Shown here piece by piece: positions 10,469-21,370 of a stretch of 64,000 nt of DNA. Within the stretch, counting starts at the first letter, position 1; each line of letters opens with the position of its first letter. Position numbers and translations under genes: made by a program. The stretch comes from Caldisericia bacterium. GTDB lineage: Bacteria; Caldisericota; Caldisericia; JAAYUI01. The notes under the pieces were generated by a model, which was not told the origin of the DNA, did no database searches, and worked only from the letters and a program-made list of their open reading frames with translations. Location of the stretch: NCBI GenBank assembly GCA_963674785.1, contig OY771555.1, forward strand, positions 128,001-192,000. Reading direction: 5' to 3'.

Positions 10469-11068
10469 TTATTCCTCAAAAGGTGAATCAATTTCAGAAG
10501 CTTTTCGTTTTCCAATATTTTTGCATTCTGGGTGTTTTTCTAGTTCCTGGTAGATTTGCCAGAGAGTGCTTGGGAAGGGCTTAATATTTTCATTTATTCC
10601 GAGTAACCATTTTTCTGTATTTGAAAGTATCTTAATGCCTTTCATCTCGGAGATTTCATTTTCAATTTTTTCATAAAAGCTGTGCTTTATTCCAGCTGAA
10701 TCATAAAAAACAATTTTGAAATACATCATTGATTGATATTGGTTTTGCATCACTGGGAGAACACAAGCATCGTATTTAAAAGGATTTTTCAAATCATGTT
10801 TCGTTCCTGAATAGTCAATGTGTAAAGTGCAGCACGATTCAGAAACATTCATTGATAAAACTGTCTTATACATTCCAGGCAAAAAAAGAATAATAATGCT
10901 AGCAACAAAAAGCAAAATCCCGATAATTATAAAAACAATCATCGCATCAAAGGGCAACACACCAATAATTATTGAGAAAAAACCAACGCATATAAGAACT
11001 AGTGTTAGCTTTGTCCTCCTTGCACCATCATCAAAATTACCTTCAATTTTTTTCATAACTACACTCAC
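10469..11068 (-). CDS. Membrane protein, tandem paralog
   Basis: Two TM helices, KPFPSTLWQIYQELEKHPECKNIG, C-terminal SPFEE. Confidence 0.75.
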   Translation of the reverse strand: MSVVMKKIEGNFDDGARRTKLTLVLICVGFFSIIIGVLPFDAMIVFIIIGILLFVASIIILFLPGMYKTVLSMNVSESCCTLHIDYSGTKHDLKNPFKYDACVLPVMQNQYQSMMYFKIVFYDSAGIKHSFYEKIENEISEMKGIKILSNTEKWLLGINENIKPFPSTLWQIYQELEKHPECKNIGKRKASEIDSPFEE

Positions 11069-11664
11069 TCCACAAATGGTGTGTCAGTCTCTGTATCTTT
11101 TTTCTCCCCAATATTTTTACATTCGGGGTGTTTTTCTAATTCCTGATAGATTTCCCACAGGGTGCTTGGGAAAGGCTTTAGGTTTTCAATCCTTCCTGAT
11201 GGTTGGTATGGAACATCCTTTGGATTCATAATAATTGGAATGTTTTTACCTCTGTAAGAATCATCATCTATTCTCTCGTAGAAATGTAAATCCCTGCCTT
11301 TATTGTCAAACATAGAGAGTTCAAAATACATCTGAGATCTATATTTATTATTAACAAGCGGGAGCATTCTTGCTTTGTATTTGGTCACAAAAATGATTTT
11401 ATCAGAAGTTGCATACTTGATACCGAGCTTTAGGATACCATTTACATTGTTAAAATATAGCCTAATCGTGATTAGCCCTTTTTTAAAAAGAACAAAAAAC
11501 GATACAAAGTATGAGATAGCTGCACAAACATAAAAAAATGTTGAAGCATATCTGATAATGTCAAACCCTATCCATATAAAAAAACCTGGAACTGGAAACC
11601 CAAGCAATAAAAACATCCCCAACCTTACAGGCATGTTGTCAAAAATACCATCAATTTTTTTCAT
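11065..11664 (-). CDS. Membrane protein, tandem paralog (first of array)
   Basis: Two TM helices, KPFPSTLWEIYQELEKHPECKNIG, C-terminal TPFVE; SD GGAGGAG upstream. Confidence 0.75.
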   Translation of the reverse strand: MKKIDGIFDNMPVRLGMFLLLGFPVPGFFIWIGFDIIRYASTFFYVCAAISYFVSFFVLFKKGLITIRLYFNNVNGILKLGIKYATSDKIIFVTKYKARMLPLVNNKYRSQMYFELSMFDNKGRDLHFYERIDDDSYRGKNIPIIMNPKDVPYQPSGRIENLKPFPSTLWEIYQELEKHPECKNIGEKKDTETDTPFVE

Positions 11665-11854
11665 GTCTTGTAAACTCCTCCATATACTTTAACACACAAT
11701 AAGAAAAATAATTTAAGTAAGAAACAGTTAGAGTTTACAAATTAATCAAAAACTGCGCTTTTCTGATTTGAAAGATTTTCCCTGACCACTAGGGAAAGCA
11801 AATGGAGTTTCGGTTGCTCCGAAGGCTTTGAAGATTTCCGTACAATGTTTAATA

Positions 11855-12943
11855 CTACTGTGCTAACTCTTTATTCTTTGTTTTTTGGACTATTTTGAGA
11901 CCAAATTCACTCAAAACTTCATTCATTGAACTAATCGATCCGGAAGTTTTAAAATGACTCCATACATAAAATTCTGCTTCGATGTTTATTTCTCCAAACT
12001 CCTTTTGAATAAAAGGGTTCTCACTATTTAGCTCAGGTAAATATTTCGGGGAATCCTCACCAATATTTCTTTGCCATATCAACAACGCTAGTTTTCTGTA
12101 TGTCTCCCATATCTTGATAAACTTATCAAAACTTATCGGCGATTCGAAGATTAGGTTGCGAATATCATACAATCTATGAGTTACATTATCTCTCAGCTTA
12201 TCTTTATAACCTTTGAACTTTTCATAAGTATCTTTTATTCCATCTTCTTCAGTAGGCAAAAGCGATTCAATTCTACATGTTATTGGTTTCTTTTGCCAAC
12301 TAATACTTGGCTTCTTTTTATCTTTGATCTCCTTTACCCTTACACAAAAAACATCAAGAAAAGAATGAATTCTGAAAATGAAAACTCTGTTATTGACATA
12401 TTGAAGTTTTGAAAGAGTATTAATAGTCTTATTTTTTAATGCATTTTTTTTATGGTCTTTTTTGTCTCGATTTGACTCATTTTCAAGTTGTTTTGATAAA
12501 ATATCTAACCTTTTTGTCAAAAGCTCAAATTTCTTAAAAGCAATACCAGCATCATCCAACGCAATTTTCTCAGGACAAAAAGGATTAATTATTACATACA
12601 AATCTTTATTAATATTCATCTTTCGAAGTTGAACTGGCATCTCACAATTAGGAATGTTAGGGCTTTCCCGGACAAGAATTTCATAATTGGACTTTATAAA
12701 ATCCAATGTAAGAAGTACATTTTTATCAATAACCTCGAGGGATTTTTCATAAATCTCGCGAATTGGAACTTTTGGTCTAATGTATTTTGAATATTGGGAT
12801 ATAAATGAGTTATGTTTCTTTACATATTTCAAAAACAGTTTTCTATCAACGTCTATCTCTTTATACAAGAATTGCTCTAAATCTTTGTGTTGTTTTTCAG
12901 ATACACAAAAAATGATACGTAATAAATCACAATAATTTGACAA
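11855..12943 (-). CDS. Hypothetical protein with HEPN-like Rx4H motif
   Basis: Very AT-rich and Lys-rich; KLRDNVTHRL. The frame stays open upstream to ATT at 12994. Confidence 0.55.
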   Translation of the reverse strand: MSNYCDLLRIIFCVSEKQHKDLEQFLYKEIDVDRKLFLKYVKKHNSFISQYSKYIRPKVPIREIYEKSLEVIDKNVLLTLDFIKSNYEILVRESPNIPNCEMPVQLRKMNINKDLYVIINPFCPEKIALDDAGIAFKKFELLTKRLDILSKQLENESNRDKKDHKKNALKNKTINTLSKLQYVNNRVFIFRIHSFLDVFCVRVKEIKDKKKPSISWQKKPITCRIESLLPTEEDGIKDTYEKFKGYKDKLRDNVTHRLYDIRNLIFESPISFDKFIKIWETYRKLALLIWQRNIGEDSPKYLPELNSENPFIQKEFGEINIEAEFYVWSHFKTSGSISSMNEVLSEFGLKIVQKTKNKELAQ

Positions 12944-12989
12944 TACCTGTAGGCTTTCAATTGCTTTTTCCCTGTCAAAAGCCTTTTCC

Positions 12990-13616
12990 TTAATACAAAA
13001 CCTCTTTTTTCTTCAAAATGTCTTTGACTCTCTGGAGTCGGGAGAGGTTGGCGCGTTCTGCTTCGTCAAGTTTCCCCTGGATAGAGCGAACTTCTGTTTC
13101 AAGTTTTGGCACCATGACGTGTTCAAGTGCATTGACACGTCTTCGAGTTTTTTGAATTTCGAGTGCAAGCTCGCGCATAGAGGACTCAAGCTCTGCAACC
13201 TTTATAATGCGAGGGATTAGCTCTTTATAGCTCGTCAGTGCCCTCATTGCCCCCGCCGTTGCGGTTTGTGGTGGCAGTGCAGTGTCGGGTTCAAACTCTT
13301 CAAGCTCAAGAGTAGGAAGGACGAGAGTCATGACTCTTTTTTCACCCCTGCTGACCTTGAGGTTACTTGTTTTTGTGAAACCACCATATTTGAGGAAAGG
13401 AAGACTCGCCGACTGAACAGCAAATCTTGCTTGTGCAAGCAGAAGCTCTGATGTGAAGAGTCTTTTTTCTTCCTTGTACTCTTTTGCAATCACAAGGAAT
13501 TCAGCCATGACCGCTTCAAGTTTGTCCTTCAAAAGCTTCAAGCCTTTGCTGGCCTGCTTATGGAGCCTTTTTCTTTTGAAAAGCTCCATTCTGTTTGCTG
13601 GCAAATTGAGAGACAC
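12990..13616 (-). CDS. ntpD: V/A-type ATPase subunit D
   Basis: ANRMEL...GLKLLKDK; EIQKTRRRVNALEH. Confidence 0.95.
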   Translation of the reverse strand: MSLNLPANRMELFKRKRLHKQASKGLKLLKDKLEAVMAEFLVIAKEYKEEKRLFTSELLLAQARFAVQSASLPFLKYGGFTKTSNLKVSRGEKRVMTLVLPTLELEEFEPDTALPPQTATAGAMRALTSYKELIPRIIKVAELESSMRELALEIQKTRRRVNALEHVMVPKLETEVRSIQGKLDEAERANLSRLQRVKDILKKKEVLY

Positions 13617-13623
13617 TTTGCTA

Positions 13624-14988
13624 TTACTCCGTCATATACTCTTCAACAAGACTTGATTTAATTCTCTTGAGTTGTGCTTTTGGAAGGAGTTTTAATAAAT
13701 CCCAGCCTATGTCTAATGTCTCAATGACATTTCGGTTTTCTGTTTCTTTCTGGGCAACAAATCTTTTTTCAAATTCGTCTGCAAATCTGACGTGTGCAAT
13801 GTCATCATATGAGAGTGCAGATTCACCAAGGATTACAGCAAGCTCTCTTGCGTCACGTCCCCTTGCATATGATGCAAAGAGTTGTGATGAAACAGCAGCA
13901 TGATCCTTTCGAGTTTTTTCATCCCCAATCCCCTTATCACGAAGACGAGAAAGTGATGGAAGAACGTCGATTGGCGGATAAACACCCGAACGTTCAAGCG
14001 ACCTTGAAAGGATGATTTGTCCTTCTGTGATGTATCCTGTGAGGTCTGGGATTGGGTGGGTTTTATCATCATCTGGCATGGTGAGGATTGGCATCTGTGT
14101 AATTGAACCCTTTGTGCCTTCGATTCGTCCTGCACGCTCGTAGAGTGTTGCAAGGTCTGTGTACATATAACCAGGATAGCCACGTCTTCCAGGAATCTCT
14201 CTTCTTGCAGCACCAATCTCTCGGAGTGCTTCGCAATAGTTTGTCATGTCGGTCATGATGACAAGTACATGATGACCAAGCTCATATGCGAGATATTCAG
14301 ATGTTGTAAGTGCCATTCGAGGGATTGCAATTCGCTCAATTACAGGGTCTGATGCGAGGTTGATAAACATGACAGCATGTGAGTCAGCACCGGTTTCTCT
14401 GAAGTTTTTAAGGAAGAAATCAGCTTCTTCAAATGTTACACCAAGGGCTGCAAAAACAACTGAGAATTCCTCACCACCACGGATACTTGCCTGTCTTGCA
14501 ATCTGTGAGGCAATTCTGGCATGTGGAAGTCCAGCCCCTGAAAATATTGGAAGTTTCTGGCCACGAACCAGGGAGTTAAGTCCATCGATTGCAGAGATTC
14601 CAGTGTTGATGAATTCATTTGGATAAGCTCTTGAAACAGGATTTAATGGGAATCCATTGATTGAGACTTTCTTTTTTGGGATTGGCGCAGGAAGTCCATC
14701 TTTTGGTCTTCCAAGTCCATCAAACACTCGACCAATCATGTCAGGGGTCAAGCTCATCTCAAGTGGTTTTCCAGTAAATTGAACTTTTGTTTTTCCAGGA
14801 TTTATATCTGATGTTCCTTCAAAAACCTGAAGGAGAGCAAGGTCGTGTGAGGTTTCAAGAACCTGAGCATGGCGAACTTCTCCAGATGGAAGTGTGATTT
14901 TTGCAACTTCACCAAAGGGAATATCACCACAATCGGTTACAAGCAAAAGTGGTCCAACAACTTCTTTTGTTGTTAAGTATTCTCTCAT
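13624..14988 (-). CDS. ntpB: V/A-type ATPase subunit B
   Basis: [47 protein letters not shown]. Confidence 0.97.
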   Translation of the reverse strand: MREYLTTKEVVGPLLLVTDCGDIPFGEVAKITLPSGEVRHAQVLETSHDLALLQVFEGTSDINPGKTKVQFTGKPLEMSLTPDMIGRVFDGLGRPKDGLPAPIPKKKVSINGFPLNPVSRAYPNEFINTGISAIDGLNSLVRGQKLPIFSGAGLPHARIASQIARQASIRGGEEFSVVFAALGVTFEEADFFLKNFRETGADSHAVMFINLASDPVIERIAIPRMALTTSEYLAYELGHHVLVIMTDMTNYCEALREIGAARREIPGRRGYPGYMYTDLATLYERAGRIEGTKGSITQMPILTMPDDDKTHPIPDLTGYITEGQIILSRSLERSGVYPPIDVLPSLSRLRDKGIGDEKTRKDHAAVSSQLFASYARGRDARELAVILGESALSYDDIAHVRFADEFEKRFVAQKETENRNVIETLDIGWDLLKLLPKAQLKRIKSSLVEEYMTE

Positions 14989-16724
14989 CTTGAACCTCCA
15001 ATGCTATCGAGTGCTTTGTCCACTTTTTCAAGAAGTGCTGTAAAGAACTCACCTGATGGTTCGGCAGCTGTTTTTGCTGTTGAAATCTCGGCATGAATAT
15101 CAAGCTTCATGAAGTTCTTGAAATCGTCATCATCTTTGACAACCCTTGCTGCACCCTCATAAAGCTTTGTTACACATCTGAGCAAGTTCAACTGCTTTTC
15201 AGGAGTTGAATAGGTATCATCGGACATAAATGCGTTCTGTTGAAGGAAATCTTCACGGATTGAACGTGCATATTCGATTGTGAGTTTTTGACCAGGTGAC
15301 AGAGCATCTTGTCCAACAAGTCTTACAATCTCTTCAAGGTGAGATTCCTCGTCAAGGATGGCCATGATTTTCTTTCTTATCTCTGTCCAGTCAGCACCAA
15401 TGTTTTCATCCAGGTATGGCCCAACATCTTCAGCATAGAGCGAATACGAGTTCAGCCAGTTGATTGACGGGAAATGCCTCTTGTAAGCAAGCTGTGAATC
15501 AAGCGCCCAGAAGACTTTTACAGCTCGTAGTGTTGCCTGAACAACTGGTTCCGAAAGGTCACCACCGGGAGGCGAAACCGCACCAATCATGGTAAGTGAG
15601 CCTTTACGTTCAGGTTTACCAAGGCATTTCACATATCCAGCTCGCTCATAAAATGATGCAATTCGTGATGCAAGATAAGCGGGGAATCCTTCTTCTCCCG
15701 GCATCTCCTCTAGACGACCTGAGATTTCACGCATAGCCTCTGCCCATCTTGAGGTAGAATCAGCCATAAGGGCGACATTATATCCCATGTCACGGTAATA
15801 TTGAGCAATTGCAGAACCTGAGAAAACCGATGCTTCACGAGCTGCAACTGGCATATTTGATGTGTTTGCGATAAGAACAGTTCGTTCCATGAGTGGAGTT
15901 CCTGTTTTTGGGTCAATTAGTTCTGGGAATTCATTGAGAACATCTGTCATTTCATTCCCACGTTCACCACAACCAACATAAACAATGATGTCAGCATCTG
16001 CCCACTTTGCGAGCTGGTGCTGGACTACAGTTTTTCCAGAACCAAAAGGCCCTGGAACACAAGCTGTTCCGCCTCGAGAGATTGGGAAGAGCATATCAAG
16101 AATTCTTTGGCCTGTGATCATTGGAATTGTTGGTGAGAGTCTTTCTGAAACTGGTTTTGTGTGTCTAACAGCCCATCTATTGGCAAGTTTTAAGTCCTGG
16201 TCACCGACTTTTGCAATTGGCTCAGTGACTGTAAAACTTCCTGCAGAAAGTCCGGTGAGTTTTCCACTCATTCCAGGTGGAACCATGATGTAGTGTTTTA
16301 CCACCTTTGATTCCTGAACCCATCCAACAACATCACCTGGGTTTACTTCATCAGGAATATTATCAACAGGTGTAAAGTCCCACTTTTTTTCAGTATCGAG
16401 TGATTCCTCAGAAACACCACGTGCAATGAAATCACCATATTTTTTTTGAAGAACAGGAAGTGGTCTTCCGATTCCATCATAGATTGAGCCAATAAGTCCA
16501 GGTCCCATCATAATTGAAAGTGGAAGCCCTGTACATGTAACAGATTCACCTGGTTTAAGTCCCTCAGTATCCTCATAAACCTGTATTGAACAAACACCTG
16601 ATTTCATCTGGATTATCTCACCAAACAACCCGCTATCACCAACCCTTACAAGCTCATACATCCTTGCTTCTGGTAAGGAATCTGCTTCGACCAATGGCCC
16701 TGAAATTCTTACTATGCGACCCAT
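14985..16724 (-). CDS. ntpA: V/A-type ATPase subunit A
   Basis: Walker [39 protein letters not shown]; no intein. Confidence 0.97.
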   Translation of the reverse strand: MGRIVRISGPLVEADSLPEARMYELVRVGDSGLFGEIIQMKSGVCSIQVYEDTEGLKPGESVTCTGLPLSIMMGPGLIGSIYDGIGRPLPVLQKKYGDFIARGVSEESLDTEKKWDFTPVDNIPDEVNPGDVVGWVQESKVVKHYIMVPPGMSGKLTGLSAGSFTVTEPIAKVGDQDLKLANRWAVRHTKPVSERLSPTIPMITGQRILDMLFPISRGGTACVPGPFGSGKTVVQHQLAKWADADIIVYVGCGERGNEMTDVLNEFPELIDPKTGTPLMERTVLIANTSNMPVAAREASVFSGSAIAQYYRDMGYNVALMADSTSRWAEAMREISGRLEEMPGEEGFPAYLASRIASFYERAGYVKCLGKPERKGSLTMIGAVSPPGGDLSEPVVQATLRAVKVFWALDSQLAYKRHFPSINWLNSYSLYAEDVGPYLDENIGADWTEIRKKIMAILDEESHLEEIVRLVGQDALSPGQKLTIEYARSIREDFLQQNAFMSDDTYSTPEKQLNLLRCVTKLYEGAARVVKDDDDFKNFMKLDIHAEISTAKTAAEPSGEFFTALLEKVDKALDSIGGSR

Positions 16725-17071
16725 TATCTTTTCTCTTTCCCGAGAAGATCAACACCAACAGCCTCCGTTACAAGCTTTCGTAAAGCTTTCCAGGCAGGAT
16801 CTTCTTCGCTAAAACCTGATGGCAAAACAAGCACAACAGGACCTGTGAGCCCTGATGATTCAATATTATCTTTCAATTGGTCAGCAATATCCTCAGAAAT
16901 CAGGATTATCGCCACCTCTTTATCATTCAGATATTTGTCAAATTCAGTTTCAATTTCATCTTTTTTCGGAGAAACAACCTCTGCACCCATATACCCCCAA
17001 GGCGAAACCTGAAGCGAGTTTCCAAATGCCACCATCTTGCTTCTTTTATTTTTTGTCTGCTCAGGAGGCAT
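16724..17071 (-). CDS. V/A-type ATPase subunit F
   Basis: ATG at 17071 after GGAGG; AIILISE...PVVLVLP...EAVGVDL; position in the operon. Confidence 0.85.
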   Translation of the reverse strand: MPPEQTKNKRSKMVAFGNSLQVSPWGYMGAEVVSPKKDEIETEFDKYLNDKEVAIILISEDIADQLKDNIESSGLTGPVVLVLPSGFSEEDPAWKALRKLVTEAVGVDLLGKEKR

Positions 17072-17996
17072 ATGTCCTCCTATAGGCACTCTCAAGCTCT
17101 TCAGGTGGAATTGCAACCATGGCACCCGCAATCAACATCGCAGCATTCCTAAATTCACGCTCAAGTTCCCAGAGATAACCAAATACAACCTCGGGGCCAG
17201 CTGGAATCAGTCTTGACTCAACTATTACATCAAACAATCTCTCATCAAGTTTCTTCTCTATTTCATACATATCGGATGTATGAATACCGAGATTCCTTCC
17301 AACGGTTTCAAGGTCAGTATCGGAGCGAAGATTCAGGTTTCCTCCCGGGAGTCCTCTGTAAGTACCATCACGTAAACCGGCACTTATAAGCAATCTTACA
17401 TCCAATGTATCAACCCAATAACCCAAGATTTTTTTGAAATATGGAAGTTTTGCGAACCTTGATGCTGATAAAAGATCGATCATGGTTTTTGACATTAATC
17501 TTCGGGCATTCCCAACCAACTCAAATTCATAGAGTCTTTTTGCCTTTGTAACAACATCTACGAGCTCAGATGGTAAATCAGAAATTTCACCGGATTCGCA
17601 AAATTTTGCTGTAACCGGTACAAGTGCATCAGTTATTATTGCGCCCTCAAGAACCGCTTGTACCTGCTCAACCCCTCTTGGGAATTGGAAATAGTATGCA
17701 AGGTCGGGTGAACCACACTCTTCAGCCATCTTCTGGGATACTTCGTAAAGATGTGTATTTGCTTGAAAAGAGAAGGTTTCGGGATTTCCATCAAACCAGG
17801 TGAAGGTTTCCTCAATAACAGCTACCCGATTTTTTGATGCAAGATTTCTGAATCTTAAAAAATCAGACTCCGCAAGCAACCTAGTCTCCAAAACCTTGAT
17901 TCTTGCTGATGTATATCTAAATTCCTCAGGATCAGGATTTGGTAAGGATGGCAACGAACTCATCTGCATCATCATCCACAACCCTCCTGCATTCAT
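17061..17996 (-). CDS. ntpC: V/A-type ATPase subunit C (d)
   Basis: YTSARIKVLETRLL; GPEVVFGYLWELEREFRN. True start probably near 17966. Confidence 0.85.
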   Translation of the reverse strand: MNAGGLWMMMQMSSLPSLPNPDPEEFRYTSARIKVLETRLLAESDFLRFRNLASKNRVAVIEETFTWFDGNPETFSFQANTHLYEVSQKMAEECGSPDLAYYFQFPRGVEQVQAVLEGAIITDALVPVTAKFCESGEISDLPSELVDVVTKAKRLYEFELVGNARRLMSKTMIDLLSASRFAKLPYFKKILGYWVDTLDVRLLISAGLRDGTYRGLPGGNLNLRSDTDLETVGRNLGIHTSDMYEIEKKLDERLFDVIVESRLIPAGPEVVFGYLWELEREFRNAAMLIAGAMVAIPPEELESAYRRTYAS

Positions 17997-18483
17997 CCAC
18001 GAGATCTAATACTTCATTGTATCCTGTGGTTTCAAAGACAATTTGGTAATCATTTGCCTCAGAACTTATCACCAGATTCTGTTTCTTTGCAATTTCAGGA
18101 ATCTCAGGTATTGATTCAGAAATCCTTACTCCAACTCGAATATTCCCATCTTTGCATCCAGAAACCCAATCCCTGATATGGTTTCTAACATCAGAATCGG
18201 AAAGCAATATTTCGGCTGATTTCACTGTAAGAGAATCAAGAGCATGATGAATTACACGAAGATTGCTTGCTTTTTCCAGTGAGTTTAACTGGGCTTCTTT
18301 TGAGGAAGCTAAAATCTCTCTTTTTTTGGCAAATTCACGAGAAATTAATTCTTTCTTCTCGGTTATCATTTTCTCATTATCGGAGGTTATTTTTGCAATC
18401 TGCTGTTTTGCCAATGAGAGGATTTTTTCAGCTTCGAGCCGTGCCTCATCCTTAATGAGTTCAATCAGAGACTCTTTGCTCAT
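17932..18483 (-). CDS. ntpE: V/A-type ATPase subunit E
   Basis: MSKESLIELIKDEARLEAEKIL coiled coil; position in the operon. Confidence 0.8.
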   Translation of the reverse strand: MSKESLIELIKDEARLEAEKILSLAKQQIAKITSDNEKMITEKKELISREFAKKREILASSKEAQLNSLEKASNLRVIHHALDSLTVKSAEILLSDSDVRNHIRDWVSGCKDGNIRVGVRISESIPEIPEIAKKQNLVISSEANDYQIVFETTGYNEVLDLVDECRRVVDDDADEFVAILTKS

Positions 18484-18485
18484 TT

Positions 18486-18968
18486 TTATATGATTGCACC
18501 CATCAAAATGATTGTAAGAAGAAGTCCAAGAACAGCATATGTCTCAACAAGTGCTGGCATGATGATTGCCTGACCAAAAGTTTGTTCCTGTTTTGCGACC
18601 ATATTAATTGCTGCTGCGGACGTTCTTCCCTGGTCAACTGCCGAGAAATAACAAACTATTCCCATTCCGATGAGCAAGAACATTAATCCAAGTGCCTGCC
18701 CGATTGATGGAATATTACCAGACATGATAGTCTGCGAACCAGCAAGGAAAGAGGCGATAAAGCCATAGAACCCCTGTGTTCCAGGAAGAACCGTGAGAAC
18801 AAAGAGTTTACCGAAAAGCTCAGGACGTTCTGACATTACACCAGTTGTTTGAACTGACGCAGTTCGGAGCCCTCGGGCTGAACCCATTCCACTCAAAAAT
18901 ACGTTGACAATCATTCCAAGAACAATCCATGTCACTGGGTTATTAAACATACCAAATTCTATACTCAT
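18486..18968 (-). CDS. ntpK: V/A-type ATPase subunit K (4-TM proteolipid, Na+-binding signature)
   Basis: LPGTQGFYGF, DQG and VETYA match the Enterococcus NtpK Na+ site (T64/Q65/Q110/E139). Confidence 0.92.
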   Translation of the reverse strand: MSIEFGMFNNPVTWIVLGMIVNVFLSGMGSARGLRTASVQTTGVMSERPELFGKLFVLTVLPGTQGFYGFIASFLAGSQTIMSGNIPSIGQALGLMFLLIGMGIVCYFSAVDQGRTSAAAINMVAKQEQTFGQAIIMPALVETYAVLGLLLTIILMGAII

Positions 18969-18971
18969 TTG

Positions 18972-20972
18972 TTACCTCCTGGAGGGAGACTCCTCCATCA
19001 CATTGATTCTAGTATGATTTATTTCTGAATATGGTGTATATTTTTTCCCACCACTCTCATAGAAACGTGAGTAAAACTCAAGGAAAACCAATCTTGCAGG
19101 ATGCACAAAACTTCCAATTATGTTTAGGAAGAAATTGAAAAGGTGACCTACAAAAAGTATTAAGATCGCAAAGATGATACCAAAACCCTTCAACCCCATC
19201 ATCGCGGCGATTGAATTAAAAGCTTGTCCAACAATAGATGTCGTGAGTCCAAGAGCCAAAAGCCTTGAGTAACTCATAACATCTGATAAAAAACCGGTCG
19301 TACCGTATCCACCAAGTACACCATAAAGCGATATTACACCTACACCAATTCTTCCACCGACCGATTTTGCATCTCTTCCCTGTGAAAAAATAAGGAACAA
19401 CGCACCGACACCAATCAGAATATACATTGTCATCATGAATACGGATGATGATGCTCCAGGTGTCAGGAAATCGATTGCAAACATTGTTAGACCTGACAGG
19501 AAAACAATCCAACCAAGGGAATCGGTTACCGCATACAACCACTCACCATTCTTGATCTGCAGATATGCCTTATACAGAATCCCAAGAAACTGAGTTCCAA
19601 TTCCAATATAGAGTGTCAGAACAAAGAACGGTATTGTTTTGATTAGTGGATCAATTCCTATTTTCACAAGATCGTTTCTAAGACTAACAAGGGGTTCCCA
19701 TGTAATAATTGTTCCAACCATGTCTCCACCCCAGGCACCAGTTAGAGCACCAATGATGGTTACATATACACCACAGGTAATGAACGTTCCAAAAAACTTC
19801 TTTGCGCTTTCTTCATGTTTGTAGATTCTTCCAAACCAAAGTGAAAAGCCAATGAGCATGAGTCCATACAAAACATCACCAAAGCAGAATCCAAAAAAGA
19901 TTGGGAAGATTATTGAAATTATAAAAGTACTATCAATTCCTCTGTAACCCGGTAATCCATACATTGCAGAGAGCATTTCAAAGTTTTTTGAGTATCTATT
20001 ATTCGAAAGCTCTACAGGTGGATTATCCTCGTCAGTTATGTCTGTGATCTGAAGATGATATTTTTCAAGATTCTGTGAGATTTTGTTTTTGAAACCTTCA
20101 GCTTTTTGGGCAGGAAGATAGCCAACAAAAACTGAGGCATACATGGAATCCAACCCTAGATTTTTCACCCTCTCAGATTCTATATCGTTTTCGAGGTTAT
20201 CAATGTTTACAATCAGAGCTAATTTATGTTTGTGAAAATCTTTTTTTAGGAGCTTAAGAATCTCTTTTTGCTCTGATTTGAGCCTTTCAATTTCAGCATC
20301 TATTTTCTCGACTTGTTCTTTTGGCGTGAGCTCCGAACTTGGAATCGGAAGAGATTCAAAACCATATTTTGAAAGTTCGAGTTTGACATCATCGCACTTC
20401 TCATGCTTACATGAAATTAGGACAACCCCTGAACTATAAACGGTTACTGCAACCTCATCCTCTGAATTGAGTTCTGAGATCTTTCCCAGATTTCTTCTCG
20501 GTATTTGACCAAGAATAAATGCAATGTGTTCCGTGTTTTCAATTCTTGTTGGGACAGGAAGGAATTTGTATCTTGAAATCAGATGTTTTTCATTCGAAAT
20601 CTTTGAAATTGAATCTTTAAGTTTGTTATACTTTTGAGAATACTCATTCACAGATGAAATAAATTCATGGAAATCAATACTATTTTTTAGTTCAACATAT
20701 TTTTCAGGTGTAAGTCTTGGTCTTGGCCAGGAAAAATTAGATATAAATGGTAGCTTTTCTGGAAAAAAACTATCGAGATTTTCAAGAGCTTTTTTTGCTC
20801 TGTCAAGTCTCAGAGAAAACTCATTTTCACTAGAATCAGTGAGTTTTCCTTCTTTTCCAGTCTCAACTTTTCTAAAGTGCAAAAGGTTTTGTTTTTTGAC
20901 AAGGTCTAAAGCTTCCCTTGCAGACCTCGAAGGAACTGCAAGCGTCACCTTCTTCATAGCAACTATTGCCAT
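18972..20972 (-). CDS. ntpI: V/A-type ATPase subunit I (a)
   Basis: MAIVAMKK, FFGFCFGDVLYG, SDVMSYSRLLALGL, HPARLVFLEFYSRFY. Confidence 0.95.
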   Translation of the reverse strand: MAIVAMKKVTLAVPSRSAREALDLVKKQNLLHFRKVETGKEGKLTDSSENEFSLRLDRAKKALENLDSFFPEKLPFISNFSWPRPRLTPEKYVELKNSIDFHEFISSVNEYSQKYNKLKDSISKISNEKHLISRYKFLPVPTRIENTEHIAFILGQIPRRNLGKISELNSEDEVAVTVYSSGVVLISCKHEKCDDVKLELSKYGFESLPIPSSELTPKEQVEKIDAEIERLKSEQKEILKLLKKDFHKHKLALIVNIDNLENDIESERVKNLGLDSMYASVFVGYLPAQKAEGFKNKISQNLEKYHLQITDITDEDNPPVELSNNRYSKNFEMLSAMYGLPGYRGIDSTFIISIIFPIFFGFCFGDVLYGLMLIGFSLWFGRIYKHEESAKKFFGTFITCGVYVTIIGALTGAWGGDMVGTIITWEPLVSLRNDLVKIGIDPLIKTIPFFVLTLYIGIGTQFLGILYKAYLQIKNGEWLYAVTDSLGWIVFLSGLTMFAIDFLTPGASSSVFMMTMYILIGVGALFLIFSQGRDAKSVGGRIGVGVISLYGVLGGYGTTGFLSDVMSYSRLLALGLTTSIVGQAFNSIAAMMGLKGFGIIFAILILFVGHLFNFFLNIIGSFVHPARLVFLEFYSRFYESGGKKYTPYSEINHTRINVMEESPSRR

Positions 20973-21292
20973 TTATCTTTTACCTTTGAGACAACCTTTC
21001 TTGCACAAACATCAATGTTTGTTTCTATTTTTGCTTTTTTTGTTTCGAATCTTTCGGAAAGCACACCTTCGGCTGACTCGATCTCCTTGAGGCTAGCATC
21101 AGAAAGTCTCCTAAAAGCAATTAGCTCGGACTGTCTAGCTTCTTTGATGCTGTCATCAAGTCTGGATTTTGCATTACGGACTGCATCATCAACCATCTCT
21201 GATGCGTCACTTTTGGCAGTTTTTATGATCTGTGAAGCAAACTCTTCAGCTTCTTTTATTTGATTTATTATTTCCTCATCCATGATGACCAC
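20963..21292 (-). CDS. V/A-type ATPase subunit G/H
   Basis: Short coiled coil IKEAEEFASQII; first gene of the operon. Confidence 0.75.
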   Translation of the reverse strand: MVIMDEEIINQIKEAEEFASQIIKTAKSDASEMVDDAVRNAKSRLDDSIKEARQSELIAFRRLSDASLKEIESAEGVLSERFETKKAKIETNIDVCARKVVSKVKDKWQ

Positions 21293-21370
21293 ATCCTAAC
21301 TCTTAAGCTAAAATCAGCAACTAAGCGTACATGTTGCTATGACACATAAATCTGGAAATAGTTTTTCATT

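Noticed and set aside
11755-11850. Two short hairpins (TTTCCCT/AGGGAAA, TTCGG/CCGAA) upstream of the membrane-protein array
   Set aside because: Short stems with no recognisable riboswitch or terminator pattern.
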